From assembly GCA_036269255.1 (NCBI GenBank), contig DATASI010000182.1, forward strand, positions 1-57,017: 57,017 bases of DNA, given 5' to 3'. Below the pieces are notes generated by a model. That model saw nothing but the letters and a program-made list of their open reading frames with translations. It was not told the DNA's origin and searched no databases. Source of the DNA: Candidatus Dormiibacterota bacterium (GTDB taxonomy: Bacteria > Chloroflexota > Dormibacteria > CF-121). Position numbers and translations under genes: made by a program. This document shows positions 1 through 8,201 of the stretch, piece by piece. Numbering within the stretch: the stretch's first letter is position 1; the number at the start of each line of letters is the position of its first letter.

Positions 1-71
1 AAGACGAGCACAGTCCCGAGCAGCAGCAGTGTGAAGCAGGCTGCGACGAAGGTCCACGCCTGCCATTTCAT
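1..71 (-). CDS. 5' end of a membrane or secreted protein (partial, runs off the window)
   Basis: ATG at 69-71 (reverse complement) reads MKWQAWTFVAACFTLLLLGTVLV..., a hydrophobic helix that stays open to the window edge. Not in the ORF track because there is no stop. Confidence 0.3.
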   Translation of the reverse strand, partial: MKWQAWTFVAACFTLLLLGTVLV

Positions 72-97
72 GGCGGCGAGTCTAGCCAATCCAGCCG

Positions 98-553
98 CTA
101 GGAGAGCAGCTCGTCGATCGAGATGGCACCCGGACCGGTCAGGGCGAGGGTGAGCGCGGCGGCGCCCAGCATCAGCGGAAATTCGTAACCACCCTGGCCG
201 TAGAACCCGTTCTTCCAGTGCGCCTTTCTGATCGCCACGCCCATGTTGAAGGCCAGGGCCAGCGCAACAGGGCGGGTCATGAAGCCGGCGGCAAGCGCGA
301 GTCCGCCGCCCAGCTCGGTGATCGCCGAGGCCTTCGCGGCGAGCTCCGGATAGGGGACGCCCATCTTCTCGAGTCCCGCGACAAAGCCGGGGCCGCTGCG
401 TTCCACCGCGGCCGGATAATTGGGTCCCATCGTCCGGGCGAGCAGCGGATGAGCTTGCTTGCCAGGTCCGCCGAAGAGCTTGGGATAACCGTGGGCGGCG
501 AGCGTCACGCCGGCCACCACTCTCAGGATGAGCAGTCCAAGGTCCTTGATCAT
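98..553 (-). CDS. DoxX family membrane protein
   Basis: MIKDLGLLILRVVAGVTLAAHGYPKLFGG... is a typical DoxX N-terminus, and the protein has 4 hydrophobic segments. I prefer the internal ATG (M23 of the 173-aa ORF) because the longer form would overlap the divergent gene. Confidence 0.8.
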   Translation of the reverse strand: MIKDLGLLILRVVAGVTLAAHGYPKLFGGPGKQAHPLLARTMGPNYPAAVERSGPGFVAGLEKMGVPYPELAAKASAITELGGGLALAAGFMTRPVALALAFNMGVAIRKAHWKNGFYGQGGYEFPLMLGAAALTLALTGPGAISIDELLS

Positions 554-593
554 GTGGGTCGTTGCCACTAGCCTATCCAAGATTGGTGGGCGG

Positions 594-1610
594 ATGGCGC
601 AGCATAAGGGGATGGCCACTCAAGGCGCGAGCCGTCCGCTCATGGTGAGCACCGTCGACTACCACACCGCCGGCGAGCCGTTTCGGATCGTCACCGGCGG
701 CATCCCGGCGCTTCACGGACCGACCATGCTGGAAAAGCGTCGCTATGCTCGCGAGCACCTCGATCATCTCCGGCAGCTGCTCGTTTTCGAACCGCGAGGC
801 CACGCCGACATGTACGGCGGCTTCGTCACCGAGCCGGAAGATGGCGGTGCGCAGCTCGGCGTCGTCTTCTTCCACAACGCCGGCTACAGCACCGCGTGCG
901 GCCACGGGACCATCGCGCTGGTCACCTGGGCGATCGATGCCTCCATCGTCGAAGCGGACGGCCGCACCGTCGACGTGACCGTCGATGTTCCCTCGGGCCG
1001 GCTGAAGACCACGGCCCTCATCGAGGATGGACGAGCCCGCTCGGTTCGCTTCCGCAATATTCCGAGCTTCGTTCTGATCGACGCCCTGCCGGTTCGGGTG
1101 GCCGGACGCAGGGTGGAGGTCGCCGTCGCCTACGGCGGCGCTTTCTATGCGATCGTTCCGGCTGACCGGTTCGAGCTGCCGATCGAGCCGGCGTTCGTCC
1201 CGCGTTTCATCGAGTTGGGTCGTGAAATCAAAGCGGCGATCGAGGCGGACCGGCCGATCGCGCACCCGCTGCAGCCTGACCTGGAAGGCATCTACGGCGT
1301 CATGTTCACGGCAGGCAACCGTAACGTCACCGTCTTCGCCGACGGGGAAGTGGACCGCTCGCCCTGTGGCAGCGGAACCTCGGCGCGGCTGGCCCTGATG
1401 GACCAGCGCGGTGAGCTGGCTCGGGGCCAGACGCTCATGCACGAGAGCGTCATCGGCAGTCGCTTCGCTTCGCGAGTGGTCGCTGAAGCCCGCGTGGGGG
1501 AAAATCCCGCCGTGATTACGGAGGTCGAGGGCAGCGCCCATCTCACGGGCTATCACCAGTTCGTGCTCGCCGCCGACGACCCGATCGGCACCGGCTTCCT
1601 GATTCGCTGA
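594..1610 (+). CDS. Proline racemase family enzyme (proline racemase / 4-hydroxyproline 2-epimerase type)
   Basis: Contains the STVDYHTAGEPFRIVTGG motif and both catalytic Cys motifs (STACGHGT and DRSPCGSGTSA). The start is uncertain (ATG at 594, 612 or 642). Confidence 0.85.
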   Translation: MAQHKGMATQGASRPLMVSTVDYHTAGEPFRIVTGGIPALHGPTMLEKRRYAREHLDHLRQLLVFEPRGHADMYGGFVTEPEDGGAQLGVVFFHNAGYSTACGHGTIALVTWAIDASIVEADGRTVDVTVDVPSGRLKTTALIEDGRARSVRFRNIPSFVLIDALPVRVAGRRVEVAVAYGGAFYAIVPADRFELPIEPAFVPRFIELGREIKAAIEADRPIAHPLQPDLEGIYGVMFTAGNRNVTVFADGEVDRSPCGSGTSARLALMDQRGELARGQTLMHESVIGSRFASRVVAEARVGENPAVITEVEGSAHLTGYHQFVLAADDPIGTGFLIR

Positions 1611-1612
1611 GG

Positions 1613-2206
1613 TCAGCGCGTGGCGATGATCTTGAGAGCGTCGACGATGAACTGCACGGCGATCGCCGAGAGCAGCAATCCCAGCACCCGTGTCAGCAGC
1701 TGGATGATCGACGGGCGTACGAACGTGGCGATGCGGTCGGCGAGCGTCAGGCCGACGGCGATGACGACGACGACGGCGCCGATAGCCAGCACAATCGCGA
1801 GCAGGTCGCCCGGTCCCTGGTAGCGGCGCGTCAGCACCATCACCGCGGCGATCGCTCCCGGGCCAGCCAGCAGGGGCGTGGCCAGCGGAACCAGCGCGAT
1901 GTTGGCGCTCTCCGGTTGCGCCATCTCCTCCCCGCGAAGCATCTGCAGCGCCACCAGGAGCAGCAACATGCCGCCTGCAATCTCGAGGCTCTGCACCGAG
2001 ACGTGCAGGTAATCGAGCACCAACCGGCCGAAGAGCGCGAAGAGCACGATCACGCCACCGGCCGCGAGCGCGGCTTCGATGGCGGCTCGACGGCGTTCCG
2101 CGACGGTCCGCCGTGCCGTCAGCGCAATGAAGATTGGGGCGCTACCCAGGGGATCCATGATGACGACCAGGGTGACGAAAGCCTCGGCAAAGGCTCGCCA
2201 GTTCAT
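1613..2206 (-). CDS. MarC family (UPF0056) integral membrane protein
   Basis: The N-terminus FVTLVVIMDPLGSAPIFIALT is the MarC hallmark. The protein is about 197 aa with six hydrophobic segments. Confidence 0.8.
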   Translation of the reverse strand: MNWRAFAEAFVTLVVIMDPLGSAPIFIALTARRTVAERRRAAIEAALAAGGVIVLFALFGRLVLDYLHVSVQSLEIAGGMLLLLVALQMLRGEEMAQPESANIALVPLATPLLAGPGAIAAVMVLTRRYQGPGDLLAIVLAIGAVVVVIAVGLTLADRIATFVRPSIIQLLTRVLGLLLSAIAVQFIVDALKIIATR

Positions 2207-2241
2207 GCCGACAGCCTAATGGCAGATCGGCCTAGCATCGA

Positions 2242-2631
2242 GTGGTGGCGCAATCGGCCAAGGACCTGCTCTGGAAGATCGCCGAAAGCGACGAGGTCGA
2301 GATCGAGACGCGCCGCGATGCCAGATCGCCGGTTCACCGCACCACGGTCTGGATCGTCCCGACGGAAGACGGCGTGTTCATCCGCTCCTATAAGGGAAAA
2401 CGCGGGCGCTGGTACCAGGAGGCGCTCGCCAATCCGAGGGTCATCATCCGTGTCGGCCGCCGCAAAGTCGCGGCGCGCGCCAAGCCGGAGCACGACCCCA
2501 AGGTGAACCGTGCCGTCAATGCGGCGTACCGCGAGAAATACGGCGAGCGATGGCCCGAAGAGACGGATGCGATGTTGCGCCGCTCCGTGGTGCCGACAAC
2601 CCTGCGCCTGATCCCCGTCGAGGCGAAATAA
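2242..2631 (+). CDS. DUF2255 family protein (small split-barrel-like protein)
   Basis: Recalled DUF2255 pattern: VWIVPTEDGVFIRSYKG..GRWYQEA ... AYREKYG ... TTLRLIP. The ORF is 129 aa with a non-ATG start. Confidence 0.6.
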   Translation: MVAQSAKDLLWKIAESDEVEIETRRDARSPVHRTTVWIVPTEDGVFIRSYKGKRGRWYQEALANPRVIIRVGRRKVAARAKPEHDPKVNRAVNAAYREKYGERWPEETDAMLRRSVVPTTLRLIPVEAK

Positions 2632-2658
2632 AAAAGTCCCGGGTGGGTGGCCCGGGAC
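2630..2658 (-). terminator. Intrinsic terminator of the small membrane-protein gene; the same hairpin also follows the convergent + strand gene
   Basis: GTCCCGGG-tgggtgg-CCCGGGAC stem (2636-2658). On the minus strand it is followed by TTTTTTATTT (2630-2635 and beyond), the only strong T-run terminator I saw in the window. Confidence 0.7.
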
Positions 2659-2682
2659 GTTGGGAAGGGAGGGAGCCTGCGG

Positions 2683-2913
2683 TTAGCGCGGAGCGCGGCT
2701 GAGGCGCGCCGGCGCGAGCTCTGGTGAATGACGCGCCGCTCGAACGGCCCCGCCGATCCCGCCGTACACAGTGCCGGCATAGACACCGCAGGCGAGGAAG
2801 ATCGCGGGTTCGAGCCCGAGCATGACGATGCCCACCAGCCACGCGATGCCGCCACCGAGCAGGCTGCCGAGGGCGGCGCCACCAAAGGCGCCTCGAAGCA
2901 TCCGGTCGTTCAT
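2683..2913 (-). CDS. Small glycine-zipper membrane protein (76 aa), function unknown
   Basis: GGAGG lies 5 nt upstream of the ATG. The hydrophobic G-rich core is GAFGGAALGSLLGGGIAWLVGIVMLG...GVYAGTVYGGIGGAV. It has its own terminator downstream. Confidence 0.65.
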   Translation of the reverse strand: MNDRMLRGAFGGAALGSLLGGGIAWLVGIVMLGLEPAIFLACGVYAGTVYGGIGGAVRAARHSPELAPARLSRAPR

Positions 2914-2955
2914 GAGTCCACCTCCGTCGATTGCGTGAGTTCTGATGGACTCATG
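2911..2955 (-). promoter_or_regulatory. Perfect 10-bp inverted repeat that pairs the start codon of the 76-aa gene; possible translational control element or uORF
   Basis: CATGAGTCCA (2911-2920) and TGGACTCATG (2946-2955). On the mRNA the 3' arm contains the AUG and the loop ends with the SD GGAGG. Confidence 0.35.
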
Positions 2956-2959
2956 ATGC

Positions 2960-2989
2960 GCGCGTCAACCTTTCAATTAGGTGACGCGC
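2960..2989 (-). terminator. Hairpin 8 nt after the response-regulator stop (weak terminator or attenuator candidate)
   Basis: GCGCGTCA-14 nt-TGACGCGC. No U-tract follows it. Confidence 0.3.
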
Positions 2990-2997
2990 AACGATCG

Positions 2998-3669
2998 CTA
3001 GTGAGCCTCTTCCAGCCGGAAGCCGGAGCCACGGACGGTCACGATGCGCACGCCGGCGTTGGCCAGCTTGGCTCGCAGCCGGCTCATCTTGACGTCGATG
3101 ACATTGGAACCGAGCGGCTCGGTCTCGTCGCGCCAGGCATGTTCGGCGATCGCTTTGCGGTCGACAACCGACGGGAAGCGGCGCATCAGTAATTCCGTGA
3201 TGTGAAACTCGGCAGGGGTCAGGTTCAGCAAGCGACCGTCAACCGTTACCTGACGCCGCGCCGGGTCGAGGGACAACCTGCCTCGCGTGAGGACCGGTGA
3301 ATCGACACCGCGAGGTCGCCGCTGCAACGCGCGAACGCGCGCCAGCAGCTCCCCGAAATCGAACGGCTTGACCAGATAATCATCGGCGCCGGCGTCGAGG
3401 CCTTGAATGCGGTCGGGTGGCGCGTCACGTGCCGTCAGCATCAGAATCGCGGTGGGTTTGTCGTGGGTGCGCGCCCAGGAGGCGACCTCGACGCCCTGCA
3501 GGCCCGGCATCCGCCAATCGAGGATCGCGACGTCGTAGTCGTAGAACTTCAGCTGGTCGACGGCATCATCGCCGCGATCGACGGCATCGACGAGATAACC
3601 GGCATCCTCGAGGCCCTGCACCAGCACCTCACGCAGGCCACGATCGTCTTCGGCGACTAGGACTCGCAC
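2998..3669 (-). CDS. OmpR/PhoB family response regulator
   Basis: Receiver domain MRVLVAEDD...DVAILDWRMPG...LTA...KPF plus a winged-helix C-terminus (LTPAEFHITELL...VDVKMSRLRAKL). Confidence 0.9.
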   Translation of the reverse strand: MRVLVAEDDRGLREVLVQGLEDAGYLVDAVDRGDDAVDQLKFYDYDVAILDWRMPGLQGVEVASWARTHDKPTAILMLTARDAPPDRIQGLDAGADDYLVKPFDFGELLARVRALQRRPRGVDSPVLTRGRLSLDPARRQVTVDGRLLNLTPAEFHITELLMRRFPSVVDRKAIAEHAWRDETEPLGSNVIDVKMSRLRAKLANAGVRIVTVRGSGFRLEEAH

Positions 3670-3672
3670 GGA

Positions 3673-4392
3673 TCAGGCCGCCCGCGCCAGGTTGATGGCG
3701 AACTCCATGATGGCGTTGTCCTGCACGCTGACGAAGCCGCCGATGCTCGGTGGCGTCATCCCAAACTCACCGAAGGGAAAGGTAATCGAACCGGCGAGCT
3801 GGACCTGCGAACCACTCAGCCTGGCCTGGATCGGGATGGTCACGGTCTTCGTCACGCCGTGAATGGTGAGCGCGCCGGTGGCCGACACCGTGGCCACCTG
3901 ACCGTTGGCGGTACCGGCTGGAACGGCGATCGGCGTCGCCAGGACGAAGGTGGCCGTCGGGTACTGATTGCTTTGCAATCCCATCGTATGAATCCGCTGA
4001 TCGCGCATCGACCGGTCGCTGGTCAGGGTATTGACGTCAACGGTCAGCGACGCTGCTGAAACGGTGTAGGCCGAGGGCGAGCCGGTAATCGTCACCGTGC
4101 CGTGCACCGATGACGTGCGGCCGACGGCGTCGCTGGGGGCGCCGACGAACGCCAGCGTTTCGCGAACCCGATAACCGGCCTGCGACCCGGACGCCACCGA
4201 CCAGGTGCCGTCGGCCGAGGAACTGCTGGATGCGACCGCGGCTGGCGTCGCCGTCGCCGAGCTCAGCGCGAGCTTCTGGGGAGCCGAGCTGGGGAAGACG
4301 ACGAAATAGAGGATGCCAAGCGCGATCGCGGCCAGAGCCAGGCCGGCGGCGCCGCCAAGCGCGAAGAGCATGTGGCGGTTCTGCAAATGCAT
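3673..4392 (-). CDS. Membrane-anchored YceI family protein
   Basis: N-terminal TM helix followed by a YceI-like domain (GYRVRE...VHGTVTITG...ATFVL...LTIHGVTKTVTIPIQARL). Its stop is 3 nt before the regulator start. Confidence 0.8.
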   Translation of the reverse strand: MHLQNRHMLFALGGAAGLALAAIALGILYFVVFPSSAPQKLALSSATATPAAVASSSSSADGTWSVASGSQAGYRVRETLAFVGAPSDAVGRTSSVHGTVTITGSPSAYTVSAASLTVDVNTLTSDRSMRDQRIHTMGLQSNQYPTATFVLATPIAVPAGTANGQVATVSATGALTIHGVTKTVTIPIQARLSGSQVQLAGSITFPFGEFGMTPPSIGGFVSVQDNAIMEFAINLARAA

Positions 4393-4447
4393 CGGGCTAG
4401 ATGATCCGGCGGATCACCTTTCATTTTCATGAAGATTCTTATTTAGT

Positions 4448-5437
4448 TCATGAGCCAACGGTAAGAACCGCCGCCCCTCGGAAGTGTCCGTGCGCGAGGT
4501 CGTCAAGGGCCCGGTTGGCATCCGAGAGCGGGTAGGGATTGACGTCGGTCCGAACCGGAACGCGTGGGGCGATCTGGAGGAACTCCTCTCCGTCTTTCCG
4601 GGTGAGGTTCGCGACCGAGCGGATTTGCCGCTCCTGCCACAGCCAGTCGTAGGGGAACGATGGAATGTCGCTCATATGAATCCCGGCGCAGACGACGGTG
4701 CCCCCCGGGTCGAGAACCTTGAGCGCGGCCGGGACCAGGGCACCGACCGGCGCGAAGATCAGCGCCGCGTCGAGCGGCTCTGGTGGATTGGTTAGCGAAT
4801 CACCGGCCCATTCGGCGCCGAGACTTCTGGCGAACTCCTGGGTCTTGACGTCACCGGGCGAGGTGAAAGCAAAGACCCGACGGCCCTGGTAGCGCGCCAC
4901 CTGGGCAATGATGTGCGCGGAAGCGCCGAACCCGTAGAGGCCGATCCGCTCGGCGTCACCCGCGAGACGAAGGGCGCGGTAGCCGATCAGCCCGGCGCAG
5001 AGCAATGGCGCTGCCTGGAGATCCTGGTAGGTCTCGGGAATGGTGAGGCAGAACCGCTGGTCGGCGACCATGTACTCTGCGTAACCACCGTCGGTCTGGT
5101 AGCCGGTGAAGCGCGCGTGTTCGCAAAGGTTCTCCTGTCCGCGACGGCAGAAGCGACAGGTTTCGTCGACGTAGCCGAGCCAGGGAACGCCGACCCGCTG
5201 TCCAACCGAGAACCGATCCACGTTCGGTCCGGTGCGCTCGACCCGGCCGACCACCTGGTGACCGATCACCAGCGGCAATTTGGGTTTGGTGAGCTCGCCG
5301 CTGGTGATGTGCAGGTCAGTGCGGCAGACGCCGCAGACCAGGACACGAATCAGGAGTTGGCCCTCGCGGGCTTGCGGAACGGGAAGATCCTCCTCGCGCA
5401 GCGGCTCTCGCGGCGCGAGGAGGACCATCGCCCTCAC
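4448..5437 (-). CDS. Zinc-dependent alcohol dehydrogenase family oxidoreductase
   Basis: VCGVCRTDLH, GHQVVGRV, a structural-zinc Cys cluster (CRFCRRGQENLC) and the GFGASAH Rossmann motif. Confidence 0.9.
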   Translation of the reverse strand: MRAMVLLAPREPLREEDLPVPQAREGQLLIRVLVCGVCRTDLHITSGELTKPKLPLVIGHQVVGRVERTGPNVDRFSVGQRVGVPWLGYVDETCRFCRRGQENLCEHARFTGYQTDGGYAEYMVADQRFCLTIPETYQDLQAAPLLCAGLIGYRALRLAGDAERIGLYGFGASAHIIAQVARYQGRRVFAFTSPGDVKTQEFARSLGAEWAGDSLTNPPEPLDAALIFAPVGALVPAALKVLDPGGTVVCAGIHMSDIPSFPYDWLWQERQIRSVANLTRKDGEEFLQIAPRVPVRTDVNPYPLSDANRALDDLAHGHFRGAAVLTVGS

Positions 5438-5440
5438 GGG

Positions 5441-5881
5441 CTAGGCTCGAACGCCGCTCTTGAGAGTCGCCTTCAGACTGATGGGCGTCGCCGCGAGCGC
5501 CTTTGACACCGGGCAATTCTGCTTGGCGTCTTCGGCGAGTTTGGTGAACGTCGCTTCATCAATGCCCGGCACCACGCCATCGGTCGTCAGCTCGATGCGG
5601 GAAATCCCCCAGCCCTTGTCGCCGCGATCGAAGTGGACAATCGCCGAGGTGTTGATCTCTTGCGGGGCATGGCCCGCCTGGCTCAACCCGTTCGCGAAGG
5701 CCATCGAGAAACAACCGGCGTGCGCGGCGCCGATCAACTCCTCGGGATTCGTGCCGCTCCCGTTCTCCATGCGGCTGGCAAACGAGTAAGACCCCTGAAA
5801 TGCGCCGCTCCCCAACCGCATGGTTCCCGACCCATCTTTCAACGAACCGCGCCACTGTGCCTCGGCCTTGCGCTCAGGCAT
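5441..5881 (-). CDS. OsmC family peroxiredoxin
   Basis: MPERKAEAQWRGSLKDGSG..., with catalytic Cys motifs HAGCFSMA and KQNCPVSKAL. GGAGGTG SD lies upstream of the internal ATG, so I rejected the long N-terminal extension in the ORF track. Confidence 0.9.
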   Translation of the reverse strand: MPERKAEAQWRGSLKDGSGTMRLGSGAFQGSYSFASRMENGSGTNPEELIGAAHAGCFSMAFANGLSQAGHAPQEINTSAIVHFDRGDKGWGISRIELTTDGVVPGIDEATFTKLAEDAKQNCPVSKALAATPISLKATLKSGVRA

Positions 5882-5922
5882 GGTTGCCACCTCCAGGTGA
5901 GTTTGTTGTCCCTTGGCTGATG

Positions 5923-6945
5923 CTAGTGGACCATTGCCGACTGCGCTGCCAGGATCTCGATCGTCTGCAGGCGATGCGCCTGTGTTGGGCCCTCGATCGC
6001 GGCGAGCAGCGTCGTCACGCCGGCCGACGACCATGCGGCGAGCCGCTCGCCCACGTAGTCGGGCGGTCCGGCGATGGCAACGCTGTCGATCAGCTCGGCC
6101 GGGACCTGTCGCATCGCTTCGATTTTCTTGCCGGTGAGATACAGCTCCTGAATGGCTCGCGCGGCATCGGCAAAACCGTAACGCCGGGCGACTTCGTTGT
6201 AGAAGTTCTTTTCTCTGGAGCCCATGCCACCCACATAGAGGGCAGCCCAGGGTCGAAGTGCATCGCGCGCTTTCGCGCGGTCATCCGCGATCAGGATCTG
6301 GACGTGCGGCGCGATCTCGAGGGTGTCGAGGGAGCGGCCCGACTGCCGAGCGCCTTCTTCCAGATAGGGCCGAAAGACGTCCATGTGATCGGGAGAGAAG
6401 AGCGTTGGAATCCAGCCATCAGCAAGCTCCCCGGTCAGCCGTAATCCGCCCGGTGTCAGGGTGGCGAAAAAGATCGGGACCTCAGCCCGCAGCGGCCGAG
6501 CCAGCAGCTTGAGGCCCTGGTCGAGGTGAAAGATCTCACCATCGAATCGAAGCCGTTCCTGGCGAAGGATTTGCCGCACGATGGCCACCGTTTCTCGGAG
6601 CCTCAGCAGTGGACGGTCAAACGGCATGCCGTGCCAGCCTGCGATCACCTGATGGCCGCTGGTGCCGAGCCCGAGGATGAAGCGGCCGTTTGAGAGCAGG
6701 TCGAGGGTGGCGGCAGTTTGTGCGAGAAGCGCCGGCGTCCGGCTGAAGACGTTGACGATGCCGGTGCCGAGCTGGATTCGCTCGGTGCGCGTGGCCAACG
6801 CGCCGAGGACCGAGATCGCGTCTGTGCCCCACGCCTCCGGAACCCACACCGACGCAAAGTCGAGCGCCTCCGCACGCTGCGTCAGCTCGATTGCCTCGGA
6901 AAACGACAGGCCGCCATGATAGGGAAGGATGAGCCCGAGCTTCAT
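5923..6945 (-). CDS. LLM-class (luciferase-like) F420/flavin-dependent oxidoreductase
   Basis: MKLGLILPY... start typical of the class, with LGLGTSG and FATLTPGGLRLTGELADGW motifs. ATGs at 6963 and 6969 are alternative starts. Confidence 0.8.
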   Translation of the reverse strand: MKLGLILPYHGGLSFSEAIELTQRAEALDFASVWVPEAWGTDAISVLGALATRTERIQLGTGIVNVFSRTPALLAQTAATLDLLSNGRFILGLGTSGHQVIAGWHGMPFDRPLLRLRETVAIVRQILRQERLRFDGEIFHLDQGLKLLARPLRAEVPIFFATLTPGGLRLTGELADGWIPTLFSPDHMDVFRPYLEEGARQSGRSLDTLEIAPHVQILIADDRAKARDALRPWAALYVGGMGSREKNFYNEVARRYGFADAARAIQELYLTGKKIEAMRQVPAELIDSVAIAGPPDYVGERLAAWSSAGVTTLLAAIEGPTQAHRLQTIEILAAQSAMVH

Positions 6946-7046
6946 GTGGTCCCAGTATGTCATCGGCATTGATGAACTCGAATGCCGAGCGGTTGCGGCC
7001 TGATCCGTAACAATCAAAGAAGGCCGAAAGGCCGAGGAGGAATTGC

Positions 7047-7925
7047 ATGGCAAGAGACATCACCACGATTACTGCCGCATTGGCCGGAACCATCGACATC
7101 GGCGGCGACCTGCCTGTCAATCGTTTCGGGTTCGGCGCGATGCGGCTCACGGGTGAGGGGATCTGGGGCGAACCGGCGGATCGTGAGGAATGCAAGCGGG
7201 TCCTTCGCCGCGCGATCGAGCTCGGGATCAACTTCATCGATACTGCCGATTCCTACGGCCCGGAGGTCAGCGAGCGCCTGATCGCCGAGACGCTGTATCC
7301 CTACCCTGATGACCTCGTCATCGCGACAAAGGGCGGCTTGCTTCGGCCGGGCCCCGGGCGCTGGGAACCCGATGGGCGGCCCCAGCACCTGCGGGAGGCC
7401 TGCGAGGGCAGCCTTCGACGACTTCGAGTCGATGAGATCGATGTCTACCAGTTCCACCGGCCGGATCCCAAGGTTCCTTTCGAAGAATCGGTCGGCGCGC
7501 TGGTCGAGCTCAAGGACGAGGGCAAAATCCGGCACATCGGGCTCTCGAACGTCACCGTCGAGCAGCTGCAGAAAGCGGAAAAACTCACCCCGATCGTTTC
7601 GATCCAGAACCGGTACAACCTCTTCGATCGCGAATCCGAGCCGGTGCTGGAGGAGTGTTCGTTGCAGGAACTGGCCTTCCTGCCGTGGCGGCCGGTGGGT
7701 GGCGGGGAGATGGGCGGCGAGGCCGTCTTGCGCCAGATCGCCTCGAAATACCAGGCCACCGCGGAGCAGCTGGCCCTGGCCTGGCTGCTGCAGCACTCGC
7801 CTGTCATGCTGCCCATCCCCGGGACCTCAAAGGTGGCGCATCTCGAAGAGAACCTGGCGGCGGTCGCACTGGAGGTTGCTCCCGCCGACCTGGCGGAACT
7901 CGACAAGCTTGCCCCCGAGCCCTGA
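7047..7925 (+). CDS. Aldo/keto reductase
   Basis: FGFGAMRLTG, INFIDTADSYG, IATKGG, HIGLSNV and the IPGTSKVAHLEEN C-terminal motif. Confidence 0.9.
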   Translation: MARDITTITAALAGTIDIGGDLPVNRFGFGAMRLTGEGIWGEPADREECKRVLRRAIELGINFIDTADSYGPEVSERLIAETLYPYPDDLVIATKGGLLRPGPGRWEPDGRPQHLREACEGSLRRLRVDEIDVYQFHRPDPKVPFEESVGALVELKDEGKIRHIGLSNVTVEQLQKAEKLTPIVSIQNRYNLFDRESEPVLEECSLQELAFLPWRPVGGGEMGGEAVLRQIASKYQATAEQLALAWLLQHSPVMLPIPGTSKVAHLEENLAAVALEVAPADLAELDKLAPEP

Positions 7926-7986
7926 GATCGCGGACGACCAGGAGGGCCTGCGCCGAGACGACTATGACGCCCTCGATGAGGCGCTG

Positions 7987-8079
7987 ATGGAGACCTTTCC
8001 GGCGAGCGACCCGATCGCGGTCCAGGATCCGGCCGACGCGGCATCGGTCCGCGAGGCGGCCCGGTTAAGCGACTCTTAG
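7987..8079 (+). CDS. Possible very small ORF with an ETFPASDP motif
   Basis: METFPASDPIAVQDPADAASVREAARLSDS sits in the tail of a long spurious ORF. An upstream CTG at 7948 follows AGGAGG. The only support is my recollection of the FPASDP motif in small proteins. Confidence 0.2.
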   Translation: METFPASDPIAVQDPADAASVREAARLSDS

Positions 8080-8201
8080 ACGATCCTTAGCTGACCTTCA
8101 TCCGGCGTTCAGGGCCCCATGCGACCATGGAACGGGACCGCGGGCGATCGCCCGTTGTTCAGTCCTGCGAACTTTCGGTTCAATCCAACGTGAGCAGCAT
8201 C

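Noticed and set aside
573-1556. Long antisense or out-of-frame ORFs in the six-frame track. Examples are 573-1556(-), 7014-7796(-), 18694-20685(+), 28448-29626(-), 35451-36896(-), 40690-42369(+), 43422-44636(+), 46221-47348(+) and 54078-55037(-).
   Set aside because: All are Arg/Pro/Gly/Ala-rich low-complexity translations lying opposite or out of frame to genes with clear family motifs. These are typical shadow ORFs of GC-rich DNA, and I recognised no motif in any of them.
5882-6034. Long N-terminal extensions proposed by the track for OsmC (to 6034), gnd (from 22762), EamA (to 25679), LivM (from 30463), the second OsmC (from 48868) and the SBP (from 28430).
   Set aside because: The extensions are Arg/Pro-rich, overlap neighbouring real genes, and internal starts have SD sequences or ATGA/TGATG coupling and match the family N-termini.
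8141-8154. Perfect 14-nt palindrome CGGGCGATCGCCCG upstream of the ferric reductase start. Similar short palindromes are ATCGCGCA-GGC-TGCGCGAT (21872-21890), ATGCA-CTT-TGCAT (25782-25794) and GATCCG-G-CGGATC (4399-4411).
   Set aside because: They sit in promoter or leader regions and could be operators, the 25782 one possibly for the CGNR regulator. However, short GC palindromes arise easily in this composition, and I have no conservation data or cognate motif knowledge to support a call.
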